DNA of 64,000 nucleotides from Octopus sinensis (Eukaryota), in the NCBI RefSeq assembly GCF_006345805.1, contig NC_042998.1:70184001-70248000 (forward strand), in the 5' to 3' direction. The position numbers and the translations under genes are program-made. The notes under the pieces were generated by a model. It saw only the letters and a program-made list of their open reading frames with translations. It was not told the origin of the DNA and made no database searches. Shown here piece by piece: positions 38,569 to 52,180 of the stretch. The first letter of the stretch is position 1. Each line of letters starts with the position of its first letter.

Positions 38569-39003
38569 CTGAAAGGTTTGCAAGGCACCAGCAGGTTTCA
38601 AGAAACACATTCATGTCTATAGGACATAATTATTGCTTTATTTTACTAAACTCTCATTTGTTATTCATGATGACTGAATACTTCATATATATATCATTAT
38701 CATTGATTAATGTCCATCTTCCATGCATCCATATATATATATATAATTGAAATGCAGCAAAGTCAATGCTATATATATAATTGAAATGTCGCAAAGTCAA
38801 TGGTGGTGCCCCAGCATGGCCACAACTCACTAGCTGAGCAAGAAATGATAAAAGGAAAAGCCAATATGTGTGTGTCGTGTCTTTATACATGTCTATATGT
38901 TTATATATGTAGGTGTATATATGCAGGTGTATATAGATGTGTGTGTACATGTATGTGTAGGTGTGTATACATGAATAAGCATCCATCACCATACGCGCAC
39001 ACT

Positions 39004-39042
<39 letters not shown>

Positions 39043-40257
39043 TTAAACAAACACTCAGATGACAGTATGAAGAGTAGATTTATCACAGTTGAAATGAAAA
39101 AACAAAGCCAGCTGACCCATATTGGTGCACTTGGTGTGTGTTTGTGTGTGTGTGTGTGTGTGTGTAAGAGAGGGAGAGAGAACCATTAGTCAGCTGACCT
39201 ATAAAGATAGACTAGGTAAACAAGAGATATTTACACACACTTATTGTCTTTTTAACTCACACTCCACTTGGCTATCTTAGATGATATATGCACATAAATA
39301 TAGTTATATACAAACACATATATACTCATTAGGCACACGCACACACACATGCACACCCACTCACACTCACACGTGTGCAAGTACACATTCACATGCAAAC
39401 ATCTCACATGCACATGCAAACACACACACATGCACACACACACATAATTATCTTTTTATAAAATAGATAATTTAGAAATGTGACAATAGGTAAACAAACC
39501 TGGCTCTCATTAATTATGTTTTCATACACTCATATGTCTACATGTGTAGGTGTGTTGTGTGTGCATGCACGCACTCACACACAACACACACACACACACA
39601 CACACACATTATGTAATACATGCATTACAGCATATGAATAAATTAATTCTATATAAGAAAGTATTTCTGGCCATGCTCTGAAAAATGTTTTTCTTTTATT
39701 TTTTATTTTCTCCTTTTTTTTTAATAATCTACCAGTAAGACGATGAAGGTTTAACAGCTGTGGATCATGGCTTCAAATTTGTTGGGTTTCATCCACTTCT
39801 CCGCAGTAGTCAGAACTAAAATATGTTCTCTTCTGTTAAACTGTATGCATATTATCATTCTCTTAATTCTTCATCATCATTTCATGTTGGCATATCTGTA
39901 TATAGACATGTCTGTATGTTTTTACGCATCTGTATGTGTGTGTCTGTATACGTATAGACACACACACACACACACACATACACACAAGTCTGTCTGATAT
40001 TAGAATACCTGTCATGCCTAGAGAGAATGTGGGCTCGTGCCCCACAGGCAGCCTTTCGTTTTCTTCATACAAAAGAGTTTTTCAACTAAATATTTACATG
40101 CTGTTATTTATAGCTGTATGTGATGTGTCTCGAGATCCAAGGTTCCCAAAAAGAAAAAAAAAATATTTCATGGTCTTTCAAAAGTTTATAATGTTCTTAT
40201 TTCATCATCGTTTAATGTCCTCTTTCCACTGGCATGGGTTGAACTCATATATATATA

Positions 40258-41162
40258 GGTGTGGCAGTGTTGTAAGAAGTTAGCTTCCCAACCTCATAGT
40301 TCTGGGTTCAGTCCCTGGACAATTAAGTGTCATTTACTATAGCTTCGGGCCAACCAAAGCCTTGTGAGTAGATTTGGTAGATGGAAAGTAAGAGAAGCCC
40401 ATTTTATATATATACTAGCAGTATCGCCCAGCGTTGCTCGGGTTTGTAAGGGAAATAACTATACAGCATTTTTAGAGAGTTATAGCCAAAAAATAGCAAA
40501 AAAATGGAAAAAAAATTATGGTAAATTTTTTTTTGAGAGTTAAAAAGGTCGAGTTGCGTCCCCTAGACAGTCTGTGGTTTGTATTTCTGATTCCCGACCC
40601 CATGTCGAATTTATCGAGTTTTTTCAGAACTGGGGGAACTTTTCAAAATTTTCGCTGCGTTAGTTTTGAATTATGACATTGGGCTGTGTGTGTGTGTCAA
40701 ATTTCATCAGAATCGGTTGAAAGCTGTGGTCAGGGTGAGGGTACAACCGAACAGACACACAGACACGCAGACAGACAAACTGCCGTTTATATAGAGAGAG
40801 ATATATAACACATCTAGCATCAATCCATCATGGGTGGGACACTTAACAACTGGTTCCAGAGCATTCACCAGATGTGTCTCGTAGGGTGATAAATAGGCAC
40901 AACTTGTTAAAATAATATACATATATGTATGTTTATATCTTTATGTGTGTGTGTGTCTTTGTGTCTGTGTTTGTTCCCCCATCACCATTTGACAACTGGT
41001 GTTAGTGTGTTTATGTCCTCGTAACTTAGCAATTTGGCAAAAAGGACCAATAGAATAAGTACTAGGTTTAAAAAAAAGTTCCAGGTCAATTTATTCGACT
41101 AAAACCCTTCAAGGCAGTGCTCCAGCATGGCTGCAGTCAAATGACTGAAACAAGTAAAAGAA
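40258..41162 (+). mobile_element. SINE-A split at its (TA)n spacer (head 40258-40400, tail ~40950-41162)
   Basis: Head and tail motifs flank the inserted element and extra sequence. Confidence 0.75.
40414..40802 (+). mobile_element. Non-autonomous Helitron/Helentron-like element
   Basis: Starts ACTAG..CGCCCAGCGTTGCTCGGG (subterminal hairpin), has CAAATTTCATCAGAATCGG and (ACAG)n, and ends TTTATATAGAGAGAGAT. Inserted in a TA tract. Confidence 0.65.
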
Positions 41163-41187
41163 TATGTATATATATATACATACATAT

Positions 41188-41235
<48 letters not shown>

Positions 41236-41874
41236 AGTATAAATAATATATAAATATGTGCATATATACATACAGATATGTACATATCTACATCTATATG
41301 TATATATACATGCATATATGGGTACGCAACATATTTAGAAGGAGTTATATGTATTATGTGAAAAAGTGTGATTCAGCTCCAAGTTTCAAGGCCTCTAGCA
41401 GAAGCCCATGAAACTTCAAATTGCATGCAGCGGAATCAAACTGTTTTAAATAATAATATACATGTGTGTGTGTGTATGTGTGTACAAGAAATTAAGCACA
41501 ACTGGTAAAAACATAATAAAGAAATTGAAAAGTACCATTCATCAGCTGGCTGTCTGGGTACTTTCATGGTTTTGATCCTTTAGACATATTGTTGGCCCCT
41601 GTGGTGGCACCAACAACCATTGGATATGCTTGTTAAGGGTTGATACAGTGGAGACAAGATAGCAAATACTTGGAAAATAAAAATATTATTTTTCTGGTAC
41701 AGAGATAACAGAAAGACTTGAAAAAACATATGGTTAAACATTACCAACTAGTTTAGAGAAAAAAAAAAAAAAAATAAAACCCCCCCAATTATTCTTTTTA
41801 AAGTAAAATGAAGCAAAACAAAAAGCAACATAAGACCATGGGCACATCTGCAAGAATAGTACATAGGATTAGAT

Positions 41875-42175
41875 TAGGGGTTCTCAACCATTTTTTACCT
41901 TTGGACCCCTTTGATTACAATTTTATTCTGGTGGATCTCACAGCTGTTTAAAAACTACTATTTTGTTTTTCCCGCATTAACTCATGTAGGTTGAACTATA
42001 TAAAATGTTAGAGAAAGAAGCCCGTCTGTTTCTTCCAGTACATACCAGTACATATATCATCTAATGCAGAAGTTTATCAGGGGCCCTTGAAATACTATTG
42101 TGGATCCCCAATTTACTATGTCGTTGCATGCCCATCCCCACAAAATCTTATATGGACTCTGGTTGAGAACCACTG
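41875..42175. mobile_element. hAT-type MITE (same family as 52181-52720, opposite orientation)
   Basis: TIRs TAGGGGTTCTCAACC / GGTTGAGAACCACTG. Perfect 8-bp TSD GATTAGAT at 41867-41874 and 42176-42183. Confidence 0.9.
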
Positions 42176-42598
42176 GATTAGATGTTTGAGCTGTAGCCTT
42201 TGAATGCATGAGAGGAATTATGGAGAGATGGCGAAATTGGTACGTTTGCTGGCTGAATGAAAGAAAGGAAGCTGACTAGCCTCAACAGCACTAAGAAGTG
42301 GTTGCATGTTGGAGAACAGAGGTGGGACACAAGAAGAAAGTGAAAAAAAGAGTCAATGGAATAGAGAGAGGGAGAAAAAGAGGCAAGAGTGGTTGAGCAA
42401 GTTAGGTCACTGTAATTTAAACAAAATTGCAATATGTAAGGAAAGAAGGCTGTACTTCAGTGTAAAAAAAAAGATGTAAGAAATTAAATTAGGCATTAAC
42501 AATGGAAACATAACAGATGGAATAAAGAAAAAAAAACCCCTCATCAGCTGTCTGTCTGGGGATTTTTGCAGTGTCATTGCTTTAGGACAGTATATATA

Positions 42599-42633
<35 letters not shown>

Positions 42634-43342
42634 ATATATATATATATATATATAAAGAGAGAGAGGGGAGAGAGAGAGAGAGAAAGAGTTAATAACTGGA
42701 AGGAAACAATTGATAGTGTAGATTTGACAATTTGTCTTTGAAAGCAGTTATGTGACACACCATAGAATATATGAATGTATTAATAGAAGGTTCTTACAGG
42801 AAAGGAAGAGTTAGGGAAGAATTGGAAAGATAAGATCTGAGGATGGTGGGTTTCTCTGATGTGATAGACAAATGATCAAGGCATGTAGTGATTGTTATAT
42901 TGAACCCATGCCCTCATCAAAAGGAGCAATCCTTAAAGTGGTAATAGCATGTATGTACATACATACATACATACTATGGACTTGGGCGTGTGGTTAAGAA
43001 GTTTGCTTCACAACTATGTTGTTTTGAGTTCAATTCCACTGTATGGAAGCTTGGTCATGTGCTCTCTATAATAATCTTGGGCTGACTATTGCCCAAGGGC
43101 ATGATAATGAATAGCTTTGGGTATTAGTGAATGAAATTTGGTTGAAGGAAACAGTAAGAAAGCCCATCATATATATATGTGTGTAATTGTGTATAGAGAG
43201 ATAGAGTTGTGTGTGTGTGGAGAGAGTTGTATTCATGCATGTGTGTGTTTGTGTCTGTATGTCTTCACATTGTCACTGTTTGGGCAGTGGTGATGCTTAT
43301 TTATATTCTACATAAATAATAATATATCCTACAATTCATATA

Positions 43343-43555
43343 AGGCAGTGAGCTGGTAGAATGGTTAGCATGCTGGACAATATGCTTAGCAACATTTCAT
43401 TCATCATTATGTTCTGAGTTCAAATTCTGCCAAGGTCAATTTTGCCTTTCATCCTTTCAGGGTTGATAAATTAAGTACCTGTGAAACACTGGGGTCAATG
43501 TAATCGATTAGTGCCCTCCCGCAAAATTTCAAGCCTTGTGTCTTTAGTAGAAAGG
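43343..43555 (+). mobile_element. SINE family B, tail type 2
   Basis: Head, core and tail are all recognisable. Confidence 0.8.
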
Positions 43556-43802
43556 CTTTCTTAAATTTCTTCAGTCTGGCATGAAAAAACCCAGTGCAAT
43601 AAAGCATCTTGTTGTAGAATACTGACTCAGTCTATTTCATCCTTACCATACCGGCATTGAACAAGTAATGGTGGTGATGATGATGATGATGACGTTACTG
43701 ATACTGATAGTTAATGAAGGCCATAAAGCACTTTGAACCCTCATCTACTTCATTAACCACTTAATACTTAATACTTACACCTATTCAGTCCTTTCTACTT
43801 AA

Positions 43803-43999
43803 CCCATTAACATTTAAGCTGGCCATATCCAGCCTACTGATCAGACACAGCCTCTCACACCCACCCTACTATGTCATTCCAAAAATAAACAACCACATCA
43901 TCGAAATCTCAAAGCCAGGAGATAAATGCAGGATTAATTCAAAACAATGTCGATAAAAGCAAACATTACATTTGACAGAGTAATCTAGATGCTAAAGGG
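43803..43999. mobile_element. piggyBac-type MITE
   Basis: TTAA-CCCATTAACATT ... GATGCTAAAGGG-TTA. Internal sequence is the reverse complement of 50526-50734. Confidence 0.7.
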
Positions 44000-44381
44000 T
44001 TACTGTCTAACAGAGCAATATTTCACATCTTCATTTGATATATTGATGAGAATTAATGTAACAAATGTGAATAAATTATAACTTTATTGCTGATGTATTT
44101 CATAGAAACTGTTTTATTTTACAAACCAACAAATGCTGTTGATACCCACAGGCCAGCCAGTTCTAGATATCTCCCATGAGATATATGAAACAACGAATAC
44201 AAGTAATACTACATAAATGTTATGTCAACACCAACTGATGTCTATATATATGTGTGTATATATATATAAACTTTCTAGACTGAGATTAAGTTGTTATTTG
44301 ATTTTTGTTTTTGTAATGTTATTATTTTGTTTTTCATTAACTCAAATTTGTTTAATGTTTTGTTACTTTCGTTTTGTACAG

Positions 44382-44405
44382 GAGATCAAGGACGTTTCAC
44401 AAAAG
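44382..44405 (+). other. Candidate 24-nt micro-exon (GAGATCAAGGACGTTTCACAAAAG)
   Basis: ~80-nt T-rich tract ending TTTTGTACAG, a 24-nt stop-free exon, and an AAG|GTATGG donor. Confidence 0.45.
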
Positions 44406-44837
44406 GTATGGCTTCAGAAAGATTACCTATGTGTAATAGTAATGAAAATAATGGGGGGTGGGGGGTTCGGGGGTTTTACTTAGGGACTTGTATCCACACA
44501 AACACACACAGTCATATATATGATATATACACACACACACACACACACACTTCTATCTAAACATCATTAGATTGCATAGATATGCAGTCCATGTGCTACA
44601 TGCATGCAAGACAAACTACACAACACACATGTAGTAAAATAGACTCTTGAGATACAATGTGCTTATTTTCCACATTCAGTGGCGATTTTCTCTGATTCTT
44701 CAACACTCACCCTTTCAATAGCTGTATCTTCCTTCATCCTCATCATCCTCATCATCAAAAACAATAACAGTAGCTCCTAAAAAGAACAAACAAAAAACAC
44801 AAAGAGGCAATTATGTATGCATGTATGGGTTGTGATG

Positions 44838-44925
<88 letters not shown>

Positions 44926-45283
44926 TGTGTTTTTTGTATGTATGCATGTGTGGGTCACCATCTTCTGGAATAAGAAGTAGGTCAAAAGTACATCCCTGCT
45001 GCTGCTGCTGCCGGCCTCCCCCCATCACACCACACTCTCACCAACACTGTCTTATAAAATACCAGCACATGATTAAAGAATGAGAGAAGGAGGGGGGAGA
45101 TATACCACTAACAGATACCCCCCACCCCACATACACACACATTCCCTTCCACCACTGCAACCTTTAGCAACTATAATCTAATCTCTCATCTCTTTAGCTC
45201 TTGTCTTTTGTCCAGCTCCCCCCACCCCCGTCCCCCACTTCATTCTCTTTGTTCTGTAAAAGTCTTCTGATATTCTTGCCCTG

Positions 45284-45330
<47 letters not shown>

Positions 45331-46115
45331 ATCTCTTACCCTCTCTTTCTCCCTTACAATTATATCAAAAATCTTGGAAGTGCCAGCCTGAAATTGAACT
45401 CTCATATACATGTTCTTAGGAGAATCAGAAGCCAAGAATATCTGTTCTAGATTTTTTAGAACCTAGTTATCATTGTTACTGCTGTTGTTTTTGTTGTTGT
45501 TATTGTTACTGTCCTTATTGTTGTTGTTGTTGTTGTTATGTTGCTTTAATTACTGCTGCTTCTGTTGTCCTTGCTGCTGCTGCTGCTGCTTTTATTGTTG
45601 TTCCTGCTGTTTTATTGCTGCTGCTGCTACTGCTTTTGTTGTTGCTGTTATTGCCGCTTTTGTTGTTGACATTTATTACATTCCGACCCCCCACCCCCAC
45701 TGTCATACCTCCCCTCTCCATCCTACTACACACCTCTCACACACACCCCTCCTTTTGCCTTCTCATCAACTGTAGACAACACAGCTCCCCCCCTCCTACA
45801 CCAATAAGTACTCTTGCTCTCTCCACTGCTTCTCCCTTACTGGACATCCTTTCCTTACTTCTCTCCCCCCGCCACCACTGCAGTCACCATCCTTTGCCTT
45901 TGTAATGTATTTTCATTACCTCCCCCCCACCCCGTGTGTTACGTTTTGCTTACTTAGCTGTTGTAACGTGCCGTGACAGACCGAGCCTTCCTCTGCGCAG
46001 TCACAAAGACTTACATCGTGGAGGATGGCGCGGAGTCAGTCGGTATGTGTTAGATGTGAGGCATGTATGAACGTGTGTATGTATATATATATATTCATAT
46101 ATATATATGTATGTA

Positions 46116-46184
<69 letters not shown>

Positions 46185-47019
46185 ATATAATATAGCACCC
46201 TTGGCTGCATGCAGCCCTGCTACTGGCCTTGCTCTCATTTGAACACACTCACAGCATGTCTTAGAAACTTGATTTGAGCAGCCAGTTTTCACACCAACAA
46301 TATTGTCAATGGGAGTATTGTGAGATGGAAATGTGCAGTGATAATTCAATTAAATATTAACCTCCAATACATGCATACACACTTACAGATCTGCACATAC
46401 TCTGGGCTCCAGATACATGTCCATATTCGCACTTACATACTCAATTACCCTTCTTGTGTTTTGGAAATTTCAGTAAAGGAATCTTAGGTCTAAGTAAGAA
46501 GCCAACTCATTCTCCGTTGACAAGAAATCTAAAAGTAAAATTAAATCAGAGTGTGTATACATACTATATTTTCCAGCATTCAAGTTGATGTAGTATATAT
46601 ATATATATATATATAATGTAAACATGTAGAGTAAACACTCAAACATCATTACTATCTATCCAAATCCTGCTGCATTCCACATGGAATTTTTGGTGTATAA
46701 TTTTTGGTGTATAAGTTGACCTATCTTTTTCGGCCGTAAAATTTGCTCTGAAATATTTGACTTGTATGCCAAAATGTATGGTACACACACTTTCTCTGAC
46801 TCTATGTTTTACACACATACACACACACACACGTCTATAGATAGATAAACAGATAGATAGACATAGTACTTACATGCATAGACTTAGCTGTAATGTACAC
46901 ACACAGGCTATATATAACAACTGTACACAGTCTTACTATATAATGAAAGATTGTACTATTTGCTAAATTATATATGTATACACACACAGATACTTCATGA
47001 ATGCTGATTCTCTATTAAG

Positions 47020-47360
47020 GGTAAAAGGCCCTTCAGTCATGATGGACCCTTCAGTCATGAATGACTATGGTATTGCACTTAGAAAGTTACTCTGCAAGGC
47101 GCAAGTCTGGGCTAGGTTGTTTATGAAAGACCAGCAGTCACCTATGCATACCAGCTTCCCATCTCCATGCCACTGATATTGTCCAAGGGAAAGGCCAATA
47201 CAGCTTGGCACCTCTGACGTTGCAACTCATTTCTGCAGCTGAACAAACTAGAGCAATGTGAAATAAAGTGTCTTGCTCAAGAATACAACACATAGCACGG
47301 TATTGGAATTGAACTCACTACCTCATGATTGTGAGTCCAACACTCTAACCACTGAGCCAT
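47020..47360 (-). mobile_element. SINE family C
   Basis: Homologous to 20058-20388. Confidence 0.8.
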
Positions 47361-48541
47361 TTACTATATAATACGTATATACATGCAATCTAATCTATAT
47401 AACACCGATACATCTATAGTTATGGAATGTCATGATGTGCACAGAGGAGTGTATAGAAGCTGCATCCTACTTTTGCACTAATGCATTGTATGCAACATAC
47501 TGCATGCACCTGTGCCCACGTCAATATTACATACAACCCACCTCCCACACCCTTTTCCCACCCTTTCTACCTCATGCCTAATCCCAACCCCGATTTAGAG
47601 CACTTTTGCATGACTGCATTACCTGACTAACATGACTATTGTTGCTGCTGTTATTATGCATATGTGTGTATGTGGTTATATCATTGTCATCATCGTTGTC
47701 ATCATCATCATCATTTTTTACTTTCACTTTCCAGACAGGCATTTCTTGGCTAGATCATTATGGTCTGTGTCTATTGTTTTTGTTTACAGTTGTTGCCCTC
47801 CAAGATGGGTTGCCAGATGATGTCTTACTTGTATATTCCAGTTTTGACATTGGTTTCTATAGTTTGATGTTCTTCTTAAATCAACCACCTGGTGTACTTT
47901 ATAGTGGCCCAATGCTTAAGAGGTTTTTAATGTCTTCACATAGATTACAAGATCTTGCTTTATCTCAACCTACTTGCTTACTCTTTTGCTAAAATTCTAA
48001 GTTATGGTGACACAAGAACACCAACACCAGTTGTCAAGTGGTAGTTGGAGACAAAAACAGACACAAAGACACACACACACACAAATACATATGATGGGTT
48101 TCTTTCAGCTTCTGCCTTCCAAATCTATTCACAAGGCTTTAGTCAGCCCAGGGCTATAGTAGAAGACACTTCCCCAAGATGCCACACAGTGGAACTGAAC
48201 CTGAAACCATGTGGTTGGGAACCTATATATATATATATATATTATATATATATATATATGATGATAATATATTATATATATATATTATGTATGTATATAC
48301 AGTTGAAATTTATAGGAAAACAAAAGATGAAGACAGGTGTATGAACATCAAGCAAGTGTTTGATGCTCTGGAAAAATGAAAATGTCTTTTACATTTCAAG
48401 CCTACACTCTTCAATAGAAAGGCATGAGAAAAAATAAACTCTGTGTGTGTGTATGTATGCACACACACACACACCACACAGAGTTATGTTGATGCAAACT
48501 GGAAAAATAGAACTCAAAATATGAGTGTATGTATATTTTTA

Positions 48542-48672
48542 TTAATGTTTAACTGAAGTAACAGAGTGACTTAAGGTCTGAGAGTTTTGTACCTTGGCAT
48601 TTACCAAACTTTGCTAAGTGCCAATGCACAAAACTCCCAGACCTCGAGTCACTGTTACTTCTGCTAAATATT

Positions 48673-48674
<2 letters not shown>
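48542..48674. repeat. ~133-bp imperfect palindrome (hairpin or MITE-like)
   Basis: GAAGTAACAG(AG)TGACTTAAGGTCTGAGAGTTTTGT..TTGGCATTTA / TAAGTGCCAA..ACAAAACTCCCAGACCTCGAGTCACTGTTACTTC. Confidence 0.85.
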
Positions 48675-48715
<41 letters not shown>

Positions 48716-50525
48716 TATATATATTATATATAATATATATATGCCATCTTACATTTCATTGAGTAAAAGTAATTATTAGTTACATAATGTAAATACTGTA
48801 AATCGAAACATATTGTGAAATCTACAGTCATAGAATTATTCACAGAACTAACCACTGTGGAAATGACATTTCTACTTCACCACCATGAGGTATTTCCACT
48901 TTGTCTCTCATAAAATATCTACTCCTACACAAGGCATAACCACTATACTGCTGTTGAGTAATCCTTACCATTACAAGATATCTCCCACTCAGACCCATGA
49001 GTTATTACCCAAGATGTACCCTTCAAGCACTTTATGAAATATCTTGTTGCTCTCAGAGATACTATCTACATTACAAATTACTACTATATCTATCTGTCTT
49101 CCTTTATGTCGTTTCCTCAATCAAGAGATTTTAGTAGTTCATGTGTGTTGTAGGGTGAGGGCTGGGAGTAGAAATCATTTTATCCTCATCAAATGTGATA
49201 ATCCAACGATAAACAGTTAATCGTGTTTCAATAGATTAGTATTTATTTAGAAGAGATGAAATTGTGCAGAAAGCTACAGCATGGCCAAAAGGTAGGTTGT
49301 TGTTGTTGTTTAATCCCGAGTCAGCTCTGATCAAACAAATCTATGACGAATGGTGATCTCACCGCTTTTTCTTTAAACATAGTGTATCTCGGGCAGAGTT
49401 ACCAAATGTGTCCTTCCTTTTTTGTTTGAGGTGTGATTTTTGTTTTTGTGGTGGGGGTAAGATTTAGGTTGGCTGCTATTTCTAGCTGTTCACGTGGCTA
49501 CATACAGGCTTCCACAAAGTTAGGGAGTTGTATGTGGCTGATGGAAGATTATTGCTATGGGATAGTGGTAACATTGCCTCTTTGTCTGGATGTGAGGTAT
49601 TTAGTCACCTGTGGTCAAATATAAGATAACGTCTTAGTTCTACCTAAATACATACCAATAATTGATCCTGTGTTTGTGTATGAAATATATTGTTATTTGT
49701 GGTTAAATATAAAGCAAAATTCTCTCTGTACTTCAGCTGGAGATAAAATCCTGTGTTTGGATCTTTTGGTTACAATATTCATTCCTCAATGTGAGATTGT
49801 CATTTGATTATAATGGAATCCCTATCAAGGATTTCAAAAATGTGTTTCATGCCACAGTTGGTGAACAATAGTGTTGTTGGTTAAAGATTACAAATTACCA
49901 GTCTTTGGTTGATCGTATTTCTGAGTGAGAGTGACAAGGGAGTGTCTGTAACTCACTGTTGAACAAATATCATTGAGGACTTCACTTGAAGGATATTGTT
50001 TTTTGTGGGTTTTTTTTACCAATGTTTATATTCTTTGCTGATATATTACTTTCAAAGTTTGGCACAATGCCAGCAATTTTGGGAAGGGGCTAAGTCGATT
50101 GCATCAACCCCAGTACTCAAATGGTAATCATTTTATCAACTCCAAAAAGATGAAAGGCAAATTTGACCTTGGCAGAATTTGAACTCAGAACTTGAAGTGG
50201 GCAAAATGTCACTAAGCATTTCATCTGCCTTTTCGCTGATATATATATATTGACAAAAGATACATGTACCCAAACATAAACTTCCAAACAATTTCCGTTT
50301 ACAAAATTCCACTCACAAGTATTGATTAATCAACTCAACACCGTAAGAGAGGATACTTTCCCAAGTGTATTTTACTGTGGGATTGAACCAGGAACAATCT
50401 GGTTGTAAAGTAATCTTCTTAATAACACAGCCATGCCTGTACTCATCGTGCAGAAGTGTTTACTCATACTGTGTATTAGAATTAATGTACAGGTCATACT
50501 ACATGCTATGCCGTGCATCACTTAA

Positions 50526-50734
50526 CCCTTTTAGCATTCAAATGACTGTCAGATGTAATGCTTATTTAGTTTCCTTGTTTTGAATTAACCATGCATCCTC
50601 TCGTAGCTTCAAGATTTCGATGATATGATTGTTTACTTTTACAAAGACATTCTAGGGTAGGTGTGAGAGGCTGGACCTGGCCAGTTTGGGACATAAAACA
50701 CGTAGAATATCTTGAGACAGACATGGCTAAAGGG
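50526..50734. mobile_element. piggyBac-type MITE
   Basis: TTAA-CCCTTTTAGC ... GCTAAAGGG-TTAA, with TTAA on both sides. Confidence 0.75.
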
Positions 50735-51886
50735 TTAAAGTCATGAAGTATTGACTTAATAAATTTATTGATTTACTGGAAGGAAGTATATTGATTTACT
50801 TTAATTCCTCACTGTTGCAGTTTATTTTATATTGTTGTCATTGCCACTAACACCCCCTCCCCCTTCCCCTACTTCATTCTCCTTATCATCATCATCATCA
50901 TCATCATCATCATTACCATTGCTATCATTATGACTATCTTCATTTATGGTGGTGAGTTAGCATGCTGGACAGAATGCTTCGTGTTATTCCTTCTAGCTTT
51001 ATATCTTTATATCTCAGGCCTTCTGCTTATAATAGAAAGAACTATGATAATCTTCATCATTTCTACCACTACATATAACATGATCACCAGTTGGTACACA
51101 TCATCATCATTATCATCATCATTTAACATCCATTTTCCTTGTTGGCATGGTGGGTTAGATGGTTTAACAGGAGCCAGCAGGGCCAGGAGTCACACCAGCT
51201 TCCATAGTTTGTTTTGCTTTGGTTTCTACAGTTTGATGCCCTTCTACAGCGTGCACTGGGTGCTTTTTACATGCCACCATCACTGAGTGATTTTTTACAA
51301 GCAGTATTTCTCTCTTACACACAGGGCTGAACTCCATTTATTGTTTGCTACACTGGGAGTTGAACTTAGCTGATGGCACTGCTGGCTACTAACACACTGA
51401 AATCAAACTGGGACAGCAACACTTAGCCTTGCTTACAGAGTGTTACTTGGGCCTGCTCCATCTACACTCTGTTTACAGTAATGCGTCTTATATAGTTTGT
51501 ACCACAAGCTGTGTTTGTTATATTAAATGAGATCATTAATAACCTTTCTCCGTTGTGTATTCTACACTATGTATAAACAGTAACCTCTCCTTTTAACACA
51601 TGACATTTATTACATAAAACAACATTCGTTTATTTTTTTAAACTTGATTTTTATAATATTATAATGTCCTCCATACTCTGTTTCTTAATGTATAAACATT
51701 TCCCATGCATGCATGTATGCACACATGTATGCATGTATGTACATATGTATACACACACACACACACATATATATATAATTAACGAGAATATGGATTTGGT
51801 ATTAAACTTTATATAAATACACACACACACAAGGTATGTATTTATGCATATGTATGTATGTGTGTTTCTGTATTATATGAACATAA

Positions 51887-51928
<42 letters not shown>

Positions 51929-52180
51929 ATGTATATATATCATCGTTTAACGTCCGTTTTCCATGCTAGCATGGGTTGATATACATATGTAGACATAAAA
52001 TACTGACATTCAAACATATGTCACCTACTTTATAAAGAAATGGCATTCGACTTTTCCTCATTATAATATCCAGAAGACTGTTTCAGTTGCCCCAATATAC
52101 CACTGGTAGCAAGTTAGGTTATGCAGTTAGTGTAGCTGCTCTTCTTTGTGCCTCCTATCATGATTTAGGTTCATCTAGTA

